64,000 nucleotides of DNA from Bacteroidales bacterium (GTDB lineage Bacteria; Bacteroidota; Bacteroidia; Bacteroidales; UBA7960). This document shows, one piece after another, positions 18,383 through 28,126 of this stretch (positions are counted from its first letter, which is position 1; each line of letters starts with the position of its first letter). The DNA lies in the NCBI GenBank assembly GCA_012521995.1, contig JAAYLH010000119.1:2483-66482 (forward strand), in the 5' to 3' direction. Both the position numbers and the translations under genes were made by a program. Under the pieces are notes generated by a model that saw nothing but the letters and a program-made list of their open reading frames with translations, was not told the origin of the DNA and searched no databases.

Positions 18383-18446
18383 CCTTTAGGGCAAAGCTTC
18401 ACAAAAATATTGGTTTTTTATTGTTTTCCCATCCCCGCTACTTTTT

Positions 18447-18454
18447 TATCTTTG
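18447..18454 (+). promoter_or_regulatory. TAnnTTTG -7 motif (TATCTTTG) upstream of the class D beta-lactamase gene
   Basis: ttatctttgtt ends 22 nt before the ATG at 18477. Confidence 0.5.
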
Positions 18455-18476
18455 TTAAGGATCAAAATTTAAAGCC

Positions 18477-19319
18477 ATGAAACCTTTTTTTTCTTTTGTT
18501 CTGGTCATTGCTTGTTCCTTTACATCCTGTAATTTGAAGAACAACAAGCAGGCCTCAAGCCTGGGAGCCACCATTGAGTGTATAGAAACCCCTGACTTTG
18601 GTCAGTTGCTGGATGGGGCGCTAGTTAAGGGTGCCATTCTGATGTATGATGCGAAAGAAGATGTATTTTACTCCAACGATTTTCCCTTGTGTGAACAGGG
18701 TTTTCTCCCAGCCTCCACCTTCAAAATTCCCAACACCCTCATTGCACTTGAAACAGGAATCGTCTCAACGGAAGGGATTGCCTTCCCCTGGGATGGACAA
18801 AAGCGTAACCTTGAAGTCTGGGAACAGGACATGAACCTGGCGCAAGCTTTCCATAACTCTTGTGTGCCCTGTTACCAGGAAATAGCCCGTAAGATCGGCA
18901 GCGAGCAAATGAACCAATGGCTTGCCAAGTTCGCTTACGGCACCATGGAGATAACCCCTGCAAACATCGATCGTTTCTGGCTTGAAGGCGAATCAAGAAT
19001 CACGCCCTTTCAGCAGGTCGAATTCCTGAAACGCTTTTATTTTAAAGAACTGCCCCTTACGAAAGAGACCTTTGCCACCATGAAAAACATCATGGTATTG
19101 GAACGCAATGATGAATGGGTCCTGAGCGGGAAGACAGGGTGGTCGATCCGCGAAGGCAATAACACGGGCTGGTTTGTGGGTTATCTTGAGAAAGGCGAGG
19201 AATTGTTTTTCATTGCCACCTGCATCCAGCCAGATGAAGCATTCAACATGGATATGTTCAACATCATCCGGAGGCAGATATCCATGGAAGCGTTCAGGGT
19301 AATGGGGATCATTGAATAA
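18477..19319 (+). CDS. Class D (OXA-family) beta-lactamase, lipoprotein
   Basis: 280 aa. Lipobox ACSFTSC. All class D motifs are present: STFK (ASTFKIPNTL), SxV (NSCV), YGN-like (AYGT), KTG (SGKTGWS), W.xG (GWFVGY). Confidence 0.85.
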   Translation: MKPFFSFVLVIACSFTSCNLKNNKQASSLGATIECIETPDFGQLLDGALVKGAILMYDAKEDVFYSNDFPLCEQGFLPASTFKIPNTLIALETGIVSTEGIAFPWDGQKRNLEVWEQDMNLAQAFHNSCVPCYQEIARKIGSEQMNQWLAKFAYGTMEITPANIDRFWLEGESRITPFQQVEFLKRFYFKELPLTKETFATMKNIMVLERNDEWVLSGKTGWSIREGNNTGWFVGYLEKGEELFFIATCIQPDEAFNMDMFNIIRRQISMEAFRVMGIIE

Positions 19320-19380
19320 CAAGGGATACCGTCCTTTTTATCCAATCATTACCCAATTCAAAGTTCTGATCCCAATTCTC

Positions 19381-21060
19381 TTACTCCACCCTGGGTGCCC
19401 TCAATTCCTGACCTGCCTGCTTAAGGATCACTGCATTGGCATTTCCGGAGTTGTCCAGCACAAACTCAAGGGTTGCTGCCACGACCTTGGGGAAAAAGAG
19501 TGTTTCGGTACGGGCGAAGATCTCAAATTTCGATTGCCCGGTTGCCTGGGTCATCAGCTTGCCATTCTCGAGGGTAATTGTAAGCATAAATCCGGGGGCA
19601 AGTTCATATTTTCCCGGATAACGCTGCAAAATTTCTGCAGGCAGCTGCATCTCCTCTGGTTTTTCAGGCAAAGGCAGGTCGGTAAGGACCATATTTTCCG
19701 GTTTTCCAATGGCAGTTCTGAAAATGGCTGAAGTAATCTTTCCAGTGCGGTCTCTAAGGAATTCAATGGTGGTCAGTGAATTCTCATAGAAGAACTTATC
19801 TTTTTCGAAAGGAAAGATCAGGAAAGGAGTTCCATCGGTGCGCATGGAAAAAAGCTTGCCATCTTCGACATAAATGGCCCGTCTGACGTCTTCAGGCCCT
19901 TCATAAAGGCCGGAATAATCCTGGAGGTCTTCCGGGTTTATTGAAGTTTGCTGTTCGGGGAAAGGCTTGCCAATGGCCTGTCCGGCAATCCTAAGGGCAA
20001 GCTCTTCGGGGCTATTCCCGGTAGCGTTCATCAGGACAGCCACATAGAGGTCTTCCTGGGGCAGCCAGAGGGCAAAGCAAACAAACCCGTTGATGCCACC
20101 CCCGTGGAAAATGATACGCGAGCCCCTGAATTCTCCCAACGACCAGCCATAACCATATTCAATGGGGCTTCCATCATTAAGAAGCCCTTCCTGGAAGGCA
20201 AGTTCAAGGGTTTCCTGTTTCAGAAAAATTTCGTTTTTTAGCGCTTCATTCCATTTGAACAGATCGCGGGCTGTTGACATCAGGGAACCCGCAGCATAAG
20301 GCAAGCTCAAATCCATGAAATCGGCATTGGCATAAGCACCATCAAAAGGCTGATATCCATAAGCCCTGTTTTTGAGAATCTGCTTATCATCTCCATAAAG
20401 GGAATGCACCATGCCAGCAGGCTCAAAGAGATGGTTGCGAACATAATCAGGGTAGGTTTCCCCGCTGACTTTCTCAATGATGTATCCCAAAAGGATGTAA
20501 CCTGAGTTATTGTAAGAAAACCGCTCGCCGGGAGCAAAGTTCATGGGGCGGTCCTTGAAAAGATCAATAACACCTTCGGGATCGAGGGATTTTCGCATGG
20601 TTTCAAGATTGAAGACCTCAGGATTATCGGTGTAGCTCATGATCCCAGAGGTGTGATTCAACAGATGATGAATGGAGATGGTATGTCCCTGGGCAGGGTA
20701 ATCGGGAATAAATTTTGTGATATCATCCTGCAGGGAAATCTTTCCCTGTTCCACGAGCTGAAGGATGGCCACCGCGGTAAATTGTTTTGTTACTGAACCG
20801 ATCCGGAATACCATATCGGTTTTCATAGGGACATCCAATTCCAGGTTGGCCATTCCAAAAGCCTTCTCATAAAGGATACCGTTGCCATTTGCCACCAAAG
20901 CAACTCCACCCGGTTCACCAGGCTGAAACCCTTGCTCAATGATATTATCAATGATAGGGGATAGCGATTCAGCCTGGTTGATTGGTCCCTGGGCTGCAAC
21001 AGTAAAACCAACTAATGTCAGTAGAAAAAATAAATCCAGTGTTAGTGTTTTCAAACACAT
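19381..21060 (-). CDS. Serine hydrolase of the beta-lactamase/PBP4*/family VIII esterase type, with a C-terminal extension of two similar ~90-aa beta-rich repeats
   Basis: 559 aa with a signal peptide. SxxK (GSVTKQFTA), YxN (FSYNNSGY), and HGG in place of KTG (IFHGGGINGF). Confidence 0.8.
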   Translation of the reverse strand: MCLKTLTLDLFFLLTLVGFTVAAQGPINQAESLSPIIDNIIEQGFQPGEPGGVALVANGNGILYEKAFGMANLELDVPMKTDMVFRIGSVTKQFTAVAILQLVEQGKISLQDDITKFIPDYPAQGHTISIHHLLNHTSGIMSYTDNPEVFNLETMRKSLDPEGVIDLFKDRPMNFAPGERFSYNNSGYILLGYIIEKVSGETYPDYVRNHLFEPAGMVHSLYGDDKQILKNRAYGYQPFDGAYANADFMDLSLPYAAGSLMSTARDLFKWNEALKNEIFLKQETLELAFQEGLLNDGSPIEYGYGWSLGEFRGSRIIFHGGGINGFVCFALWLPQEDLYVAVLMNATGNSPEELALRIAGQAIGKPFPEQQTSINPEDLQDYSGLYEGPEDVRRAIYVEDGKLFSMRTDGTPFLIFPFEKDKFFYENSLTTIEFLRDRTGKITSAIFRTAIGKPENMVLTDLPLPEKPEEMQLPAEILQRYPGKYELAPGFMLTITLENGKLMTQATGQSKFEIFARTETLFFPKVVAATLEFVLDNSGNANAVILKQAGQELRAPRVE

Positions 21061-21306
21061 TGTTTTAGGTTAAAAGCTAACGTTAAATTACAAAAACAAA
21101 TCCACAATACAAGACTCTTTGATTACCAAACACATATCAAAAAACTGGTATTATAAAAATGTCCGGTAAAGGACACTTGTTGTACAAAAAGGAACAGCTC
21201 CATTAGCGAATCCGAAATATGAATTATCCATGGACAGTGCAAGCCATACAGCTGGAAAAAATAAATAACTTTGAAAAACAAATTCAAACAATTAAATCCT
21301 TTGAGG

Positions 21307-21612
21307 ATGAAAACAAGATCGTACATTTCCCTGATTGTACTTTTAATGGCCCTTCTGTTTGCCGGTTGTCCGGCCGACAAATGCCCTGATGGCGAAGCGG
21401 CAGTGCTCCGTAACCTTTCAGGTCTCGATGGCTGTACCTGGGTCTTTGAGCTGGAAGACGGACAGCGGCTGGAACCCGTTAACTTACATCAGTATGAACT
21501 CGAACTGAAGGATGGACTGGAGGTCAGCATTCAATACACCGAAGCCACCGATATGATGAGTATCTGTATGGCCGGAAAAATGGTGAACATCACCTGTATT
21601 TCCAAACGCTGA
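21307..21612 (+). CDS. Small Cys-rich lipoprotein, unknown function
   Basis: The track ORF starts at TTG 21271. The ATG at 21307 gives MKTRSYISLIVLLMALLFAGC (lipobox). The mature part has further cysteines. Confidence 0.5.
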   Translation: MKTRSYISLIVLLMALLFAGCPADKCPDGEAAVLRNLSGLDGCTWVFELEDGQRLEPVNLHQYELELKDGLEVSIQYTEATDMMSICMAGKMVNITCISKR

Positions 21613-21686
21613 GACGCCCACTGGAAAATTTCGCCATAAATTATTTAAGGGCAGTAGTTTGCCTTGCAATCCTGCCAGTCTTTTTG

Positions 21687-21694
21687 TACTTTTG
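21687..21694 (+). promoter_or_regulatory. TAnnTTTG -7 motif (TACTTTTG) upstream of dcp
   Basis: gtacttttgcacc, 50 nt before the ATG at 21745. Confidence 0.45.
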
Positions 21695-21744
21695 CACCTT
21701 CTGTCACGCCTACCCATAATCCATTAAACCAAATTATCAATCAA

Positions 21745-23868
21745 ATGAAAAAGTATTTCTTATTATTGTTGGTTCCCATGATGATGTTTTCTGCCTGCGG
21801 CGAGCAAAAAGCCGAGAATCCCTTCCTGAGTGATTACACCACACCCTTTGGTGTTCCTCCCTTCGATCAAATCAAGAATGAGCATTTTGTCCCTGCCATG
21901 GAAGAAGCCATGCTGCAGCACAATGCTGAGATCGATGCCATTGTAAGCAACCCCGAAGCACCTACCTTCGAGAATACCATTGCAGCGCTTGACTACAGCG
22001 GGCATTCGCTCAACAAGATAGCCTTTGTGTTTTACAACTTCAACTCCTCAAACACCAGTCCCGAGATTGAAGCCATCGCCTCGGAGCTGGCCCCAAAATT
22101 ATCTGCCCATGGGGATAACATCAGCCTGAATCCTGAGCTCTTCAAGCGCATTCAGGCTGTTTATGAGCAGAAGGAAAACCTGAACCTTACCGGTGAACAG
22201 GCTCGCCTGCTTGAGCAGACCTATAAGAGCTTTGTCCGCAATGGTGCTGCCCTTCCTGAAGAAAACCAGGAGCGTTTCCGTGAAATCAACCAGCGCCTGG
22301 CCTTACTTACACTGGAGTTTGGACAAAATGCACTGGGTGAAGTGAACAACTACAAAATGGTTGTAGAAAATGAAGCCGACCTGGCAGGGCTGCCCAGGTC
22401 AGTAATTGATGCTGCTGCAGAAACTGCTGCCGCCCAGGGCCTTGAAGGCCAATGGGTGTTCACCCTTCAGAACCCCAGTGTGATGCCTTTCCTGGCATAT
22501 GCCGAAAACCGTGAACTACGCCAGCAACTCCAGCAGGCCTACGTTAACCGTGGCAACAACGGAAATGAATTCGACAACAACGCCATCATTGGGGAAATCG
22601 TTAACCTTCGTCTCGAAAGGGCACAGTTGCTTGGATACAGCAGCCACGCCGAGTTTGTCCTGGAAGAAAACATGGCCAAGACGGTGGGCACTGTAACTTC
22701 TTTCCTTGAAGAACTCTGGGGTTATGCCCTTCCCATAGCCAAAGAAGAAGCAGCCATGATGCAGGAACTGATCGATGCTCGCGGCGGTGACTACAAACTG
22801 GCTGCCTGGGACTGGCGCTACTACGCCGAACAGGTGCGCAAAGAGAAATATGACCTCAACGAAGAAGAGATTCGCCAGTATTTTGAATTGAATACTGTGC
22901 GCGACGGTGTCTTCATGGTGGTCAACAAGTTGTACGGTCTGCAATTTGTAGAGCGCACCGACATCCCCAAATACCACCCTGAAGCTGTGGCTTATGAGGT
23001 CCTCGAAGCCGACGGCAGCCACCGGGGCATTCTGTACATGGACTTCCACCCGCGCGAAAGCAAGCGTGGAGGTGCCTGGATGAGCAGCTACCGCGACCAG
23101 TACGTTGACCGCGCCGGCAATTATGTTCACCCTGTGATCACCCTGGTGACCAACTTCAGCCGTCCTACGGCCAGCCAGCCTGCATTGCTTACCTATGACG
23201 AGATGACCACCTTCTTCCACGAATTTGGACACGCCCTTCACGGACTGCTATCTGACGTTACTTACCCGGGCCTGTCAGGCACCAATGTAGCTCGTGACTT
23301 TGTGGAGCTGCCCTCACAAATTATGGAAAACTGGGCCAAAGATCCCGCGGTGATGAAAGACTTTGCCCTTCACCATGAGACTCGCGAGCCCATGCCACAG
23401 GAATTGATGGATAAACTCGTAGCCAGCGGCCATTTCAACCAGGGCTTCGAAACCGTTGAATTCCTGGCATCTACCCTCCTCGATATGGAGTATCATACCA
23501 TTACCGAGCCCTATGCTGCTGACCAGCTTGACCAGGTGGCAAGGATCACCAACGAGCGCACCATAAACAAGTACACTATGATGCCTGAGATCTACTTCCG
23601 CCACGGAAGCACCCATTTCCAGCACATTTTCTCGGGAGGGTATTCCTCAGGATACTACAGCTACATCTGGTCAGGGATCCTCGATGCTGATGCATACGAG
23701 GCGTTCCGCGAGGCGGGTGACTTGTTTGATCCCGCAACAGCACTGGCCTTCCGCAAGAATGTACTCGAACGTGGCGGCACGGAAGACCCCATGGCCCTTT
23801 ACGTGAAGTTCCGCGGACATGAGCCTGAAGTGGAACCCCTGCTCCGTCAGCGCGGCCTGCTTAGGTAA
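21745..23868 (+). CDS. dcp: M3-family peptidyl-dipeptidase (Dcp), lipoprotein
   Basis: Trimmed to ATG 21745 (MKKYFLLLLVPMMMFSACGEQ, lipobox). Zinc motif FHEFGHALHG. Collinear with peptidyl-dipeptidase Dcp / oligopeptidase A over its full length. Confidence 0.85.
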   Translation: MKKYFLLLLVPMMMFSACGEQKAENPFLSDYTTPFGVPPFDQIKNEHFVPAMEEAMLQHNAEIDAIVSNPEAPTFENTIAALDYSGHSLNKIAFVFYNFNSSNTSPEIEAIASELAPKLSAHGDNISLNPELFKRIQAVYEQKENLNLTGEQARLLEQTYKSFVRNGAALPEENQERFREINQRLALLTLEFGQNALGEVNNYKMVVENEADLAGLPRSVIDAAAETAAAQGLEGQWVFTLQNPSVMPFLAYAENRELRQQLQQAYVNRGNNGNEFDNNAIIGEIVNLRLERAQLLGYSSHAEFVLEENMAKTVGTVTSFLEELWGYALPIAKEEAAMMQELIDARGGDYKLAAWDWRYYAEQVRKEKYDLNEEEIRQYFELNTVRDGVFMVVNKLYGLQFVERTDIPKYHPEAVAYEVLEADGSHRGILYMDFHPRESKRGGAWMSSYRDQYVDRAGNYVHPVITLVTNFSRPTASQPALLTYDEMTTFFHEFGHALHGLLSDVTYPGLSGTNVARDFVELPSQIMENWAKDPAVMKDFALHHETREPMPQELMDKLVASGHFNQGFETVEFLASTLLDMEYHTITEPYAADQLDQVARITNERTINKYTMMPEIYFRHGSTHFQHIFSGGYSSGYYSYIWSGILDADAYEAFREAGDLFDPATALAFRKNVLERGGTEDPMALYVKFRGHEPEVEPLLRQRGLLR

Positions 23869-23892
23869 ATCCGGATAGTAACACGCTAAAAG

Positions 23893-23930
23893 AAGCCTTC
23901 CCGAAAAACAGATCGGGGAGGCTTTTTTTG
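23893..23930 (+). terminator. Intrinsic terminator of dcp
   Basis: aagccttcccg (23893-23903) pairs with cggggaggctt (23914-23924), followed by a T-run. Confidence 0.75.
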
Positions 23931-24082
23931 TGTTTTTCAAAAAAGCCCCCGAGACTCTTGCGAACAGATATTTTAAGCGGCTCATAAGGTTTTCACAAGA
24001 ACAATCCGCTCCGCAATTCAATTCTTTCGCCGCATTTTCCTATCTTTACCCATCAAAAAATAATTTGCTTTATTCATATTAA

Positions 24083-27000
24083 ATGCCAAACACCATCATG
24101 AATTCATTTTTAAAAAAGAGTTTGCTTGTATTTTCCCTGATGTTTCTTTTTCAGGGTGCCATGGCACTTGAAGATGCGCGCCTGATGCGCTACCCGCATA
24201 TCAGCGGCGACCAGATTGTTTTCGTCTATGCAGGCGACTTGTGGACGGTTTCCTCCAATGGTGGCGATGCCCGTCGTCTTACCTCCCACAACGGCCTGGA
24301 GCTCTTCCCGAAGATATCACCCGATGGCCGCTGGATAGCCTTTTCTGCAGAATACAGCGGCACCCGCCAGGTCTATGTGATGCCTGCGGAAGGCGGGACG
24401 CCGAAGCAGCTTACCTTTTACAACGACGTGGGGCCCATGCCACAGCGCGGTGGTTTCGACAATGTGGTGCTCGACTGGACTGCCGACAGCAAAAAGGTCC
24501 TGTTCCGCAGTAACCGCACAGAATATGGCGACCGTATGGGAAAATACTTCCTGATAAGCATCGACGGAGGCTTTGAGGAAGAACTCCCCATCCCCTATGC
24601 TGGTTTCGGCGTACTTTCGCCCGACAACAAACAAATGGCCTTTACCTGGGTAGACAGGGAATTCCGCACCTGGAAACGCTATAAGGGCGGAAGGGCTAGC
24701 GATATCTGGATCTACGACCTGGAGCAAAACCGCTCTGAAAAAATCACCGATTGGGTTGGTACCGATCAGATCCCCCATTGGTACGGGAATAAGATCTATT
24801 TCGCCTCTGACCGGGACCTCTGGCTCAACATCTACAGCTTTGATGTCAACACCAAAGAGACCAGGCAAATCACCCGCCACAGCGAATTCGACGTGATGTG
24901 GCCTGCCGGCACCAGTAACCAGCTGGTATACGAAAGCGGGGGTCAGCTCTTCAAACTCAACCTCGATACTGAAAGACAGGAGCGCGTGGTGGTGAACATT
25001 CACTTCGACAACCAAAACACCCTTCCCTATTTCAAAAACGTAAAAGACAACATCCACAGCACGGCCATCTCTCCCTCGGGGAACAGGGTCCTGATCGATG
25101 CCCGCGGCGATATTTTCTCGGTACCCGCAGGACCGGGCACCATTTTCAACCTCACCAACACCCAGGGGGTTAGGGAAGTTTACCCCCAGTGGTCGCCCGA
25201 TGGTAAGTGGATCACCTGGTATTCTGATGAAACCGGTGAATATGAAGTATACCTGATGGAACACAAGGAAGGCGCCACCCCCCGCCAGATTACCCGTGGC
25301 TCCAAAGGCTGGAAATACCAGGCTGAATGGTCGCCCGACAGCCGCTACCTGACTTATTTCGACCGGAGCATGTACCTGCAGGTGCTTGATGTTCAAACGG
25401 GCAATCTCACGCGCGTCGATCGTGCCACCTCCGACGAGATACGCTCCTACAGCTTCTCGCCCGACTCAAAATGGATCACCTACACCCGGAACAGCCCCAA
25501 TGGACAAAGCGCCGTTTGGGTCTATGAAATCAGCAGTGGCAATAAAATGCAGCTCACCGGCGACACCTTTAACGATATGGGGCCTGTGTTCTCAAAGGAC
25601 GGGCAGTACATCTTCTTTACCTCAAACCGCGACTTCAACCTCGCTTTTTCCGACTTCGAGTTTAATTACCTGTACAACAATGCTACCCGCATTTATGCCT
25701 TGCCCCTGACCAACGCCAGCCCGCGACTGTTTGAACCCAGGGAAACCCTGGAGCAGGCGGGCAACAACGAAAAAAAGGAGGACAACAATGAAGTGGTGGT
25801 TCGTATTGATCCCCAAAATGCTGAAAACCGCATTGTGGCCTTTCCACTGCCTTCAGGCTCTTATGGCAATTTGCAAGCCGTGAAGGATGGCATCGTTTAT
25901 TCGAACAATGAGGGTCTGAACCGCTACAACGTGAAGGAACAAAAAAATGACCTGATCATGCCCGGTATCCGCATGGCCAGCGTTTCGGCCGATGGCAGCA
26001 AATTTCTCTATATGCAGCGGGGTGAACTGGCTGTCGCAAGCCTGGCACCCAATCAGAAACCCGGCGATGGACAGCTCGACCTCAAGGACCTCAGCATGAA
26101 GATTGAGCCCCGCAAGGAATGGGAACAAATCTTCAGGGATGGCTGGCGTATCGTACGCGACTATTATTACGTGTCAAACATCCATAATGTTGATTGGGAC
26201 GGCTTCTACGAGCGCTATTCACAACTGTTGCCATCGGTAAATCACCGCTTTGACCTCGACTATTTGTTCGGCGAAATGGTAGCAGAAACCAATGCGGGTC
26301 ATGCCTATGTTGATTACGGCCAATGGGACCGCCCCGAGCGGAGGCAGAATGGCCTGTTGGGCGCAAAACTGGCTGCAGACACCCAGGGCAACCGCTACCG
26401 CATCACCAAGATCTACCAGGGTGAGAACTGGAACCCCGCACGCCGCTCTCCCCTAACCGAACAGGGCATCGACATCCGCGAGGGCGATTACATCATCAGC
26501 ATCGATGGTCAGGATGTGACCCTTGCCAACAACCCCTACCTGTTCCTTGAAAACCGTGTGGATAAAGCCACCAGGATTACCGTCAACAGCAGACCTGTGG
26601 CCGAAGGAGCACGCTCTTACACCATACGGCCCATTGCCAGCGAGCAGGAACTGATGTATCTCGACTGGGTGAACACCCGCAGGGAAATCGTTGACCGCCT
26701 CTCGGGCGGCCGCATCGGCTATATCCATGTGCCCAATACCGCAATGGAAGGCAACCGCGAACTTAACCGGGGCATGTATGCCTACCACCACAAGGACGCC
26801 CTGATCATCGATGAGCGTTTCAATGGCGGCGGATTTATTCCCGATCGCCTCACTGAGTTGCTCACCCGTGAAACCCACGCCTACTGGCACCGCGCCGGCC
26901 TTGACCCGATGCAAACCCCTGGCGTGGCTCACGATGGTCCCAAAGCCATGCTGATCAACCAGTATTCTTCTTCAGGAGGCGATGCATTCCCCTACTTCTT

Positions 27001-27334
27001 CCGCCAGAAAAATCTCGGCACCATCATCGGGGCACGCACCTGGGGCGGACTGGTGGGCATCTCAGGAAATGCTCGCCTGGCCGATGGCGGCTACATCAGC
27101 GTACCCCGCTTCGGAATCTATAACCAGGATGGTGAATGGATCATTGAAGGGGTTGGCGTAGCCCCTGATATTGAAGTGATTGATGCTCCTCACCTGGTGG
27201 CTCGCGGACAAGATCCCGCCCTTGAAAAGGCCATCGAGGTCCTGCTGAAAGAACTGCAGGAAAATCCTCCAAAAAGGTGGATTACCCCTGAAGACCCCGA
27301 TCGTTCCAAATGGATTGAGGAGCAGAACAGATAA
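24083..27334 (+). CDS. Tricorn-protease homologue (S41B peptidase: two beta-propellers, PDZ, C-terminal serine peptidase)
   Basis: 1083 aa. N-terminal MRYPHISGDQIVFVYAGDLWTVSSNGGDARRLTSH and repeated TolB-like SPDG.w motifs. C-terminal GYIHVPNTAMEG...IIDERFNGGG...NQYSSSGGDAF. Confidence 0.85.
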   Translation: MPNTIMNSFLKKSLLVFSLMFLFQGAMALEDARLMRYPHISGDQIVFVYAGDLWTVSSNGGDARRLTSHNGLELFPKISPDGRWIAFSAEYSGTRQVYVMPAEGGTPKQLTFYNDVGPMPQRGGFDNVVLDWTADSKKVLFRSNRTEYGDRMGKYFLISIDGGFEEELPIPYAGFGVLSPDNKQMAFTWVDREFRTWKRYKGGRASDIWIYDLEQNRSEKITDWVGTDQIPHWYGNKIYFASDRDLWLNIYSFDVNTKETRQITRHSEFDVMWPAGTSNQLVYESGGQLFKLNLDTERQERVVVNIHFDNQNTLPYFKNVKDNIHSTAISPSGNRVLIDARGDIFSVPAGPGTIFNLTNTQGVREVYPQWSPDGKWITWYSDETGEYEVYLMEHKEGATPRQITRGSKGWKYQAEWSPDSRYLTYFDRSMYLQVLDVQTGNLTRVDRATSDEIRSYSFSPDSKWITYTRNSPNGQSAVWVYEISSGNKMQLTGDTFNDMGPVFSKDGQYIFFTSNRDFNLAFSDFEFNYLYNNATRIYALPLTNASPRLFEPRETLEQAGNNEKKEDNNEVVVRIDPQNAENRIVAFPLPSGSYGNLQAVKDGIVYSNNEGLNRYNVKEQKNDLIMPGIRMASVSADGSKFLYMQRGELAVASLAPNQKPGDGQLDLKDLSMKIEPRKEWEQIFRDGWRIVRDYYYVSNIHNVDWDGFYERYSQLLPSVNHRFDLDYLFGEMVAETNAGHAYVDYGQWDRPERRQNGLLGAKLAADTQGNRYRITKIYQGENWNPARRSPLTEQGIDIREGDYIISIDGQDVTLANNPYLFLENRVDKATRITVNSRPVAEGARSYTIRPIASEQELMYLDWVNTRREIVDRLSGGRIGYIHVPNTAMEGNRELNRGMYAYHHKDALIIDERFNGGGFIPDRLTELLTRETHAYWHRAGLDPMQTPGVAHDGPKAMLINQYSSSGGDAFPYFFRQKNLGTIIGARTWGGLVGISGNARLADGGYISVPRFGIYNQDGEWIIEGVGVAPDIEVIDAPHLVARGQDPALEKAIEVLLKELQENPPKRWITPEDPDRSKWIEEQNR

Positions 27335-27345
27335 GAATTAAAAAA

Positions 27346-27458
27346 AGGTTGTCATTGTTGTCAATGTTTTCATTTTTGTCATTGTTAAAGGTTTCAGGAT
27401 TTAGGTTTCGAGACCTTTAACAATTACAAAGTGAAAAAGAAAACCAGACAACAATGGC
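27346..27458. terminator. Long imperfect inverted repeat with an 11-12 bp perfect core hairpin, between convergent tricorn and ribE genes (bidirectional terminator / palindromic element)
   Basis: Core ttgttaaaggt (27382-27392) pairs with acctttaacaa (27413-27423). The outer arms ggttgtcattgttgtcaatgttttcatttttgtc and its partner gaaaaagaaaaccagacaacaatggcaagcc are partly complementary. Confidence 0.6.
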
Positions 27459-27464
27459 AAGCCT

Positions 27465-28076
27465 TTACCCCTTCTTGGCCTGGAAATGTTGCTCGAGCAG
27501 GCGGGCGACATATTTTCCAATGACATCAAATTCGAGGTTGACCACAGAACCCTCCCTGAAGTCACCAAAGTTGGTGTGCTCATAGGTATAGGGGATGATA
27601 GCCACGGAAAACAAGCCCGGCTCAGAATCGACTACGGTAAGACTCACCCCGTTAACGGAAATGGAACCTTTCTCCACAGTGATGTTCTTAGGGCCACGAT
27701 CGTATTCAAACCAAAACTTCCAGCTGCCATCCAGTTCTTGTACACGGGTGCACACCGCGGTTTGGTCTACGTGACCCTGTACGATGTGCCCGTCAAGCCG
27801 GCCATCTATGCGCATGCAGCGCTCCAAATTCACCCTGTAGCCTTCCTTCCAGGTGCGCATATTGGTTTTGTCAAGCGTTTCCTGAATTGCCGTTACAGTG
27901 TATTGTTTCTTTTCCTTGTCTACCTGTACCGTGGTCAGGCATACCCCGTCGTGCGACACACTCTGGTCTACCTTAAGCTCATCGGCAATGGGGGTTTCCA
28001 TCGTGAAATGGATATTTCCACGGTCCTTTTCAATGTTTACCACCTGCGCAGTGGTTTCTATAATTCCTGTAAACAT
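27465..28076 (-). CDS. ribE: Riboflavin synthase
   Basis: Trimmed to ATG 28076, giving the canonical N-terminus MFTGIIETTAQV. Internal duplication typical of riboflavin synthase (..VSHDGVCLTV.. / ..ISVNGVSLTV..). Confidence 0.9.
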   Translation of the reverse strand: MFTGIIETTAQVVNIEKDRGNIHFTMETPIADELKVDQSVSHDGVCLTTVQVDKEKKQYTVTAIQETLDKTNMRTWKEGYRVNLERCMRIDGRLDGHIVQGHVDQTAVCTRVQELDGSWKFWFEYDRGPKNITVEKGSISVNGVSLTVVDSEPGLFSVAIIPYTYEHTNFGDFREGSVVNLEFDVIGKYVARLLEQHFQAKKG

Positions 28077-28126
28077 ATTATGTGGTTTTATTGATGAATA
28101 ATCATTATAAAATCTTTCAATACTTC

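Noticed and set aside
19320-19380. Possible shared terminator between the convergent OXA and serine-hydrolase genes.
   Set aside because: Only a 3-5 bp imperfect stem (aggga/tcctt) can be drawn, which is too weak to call.
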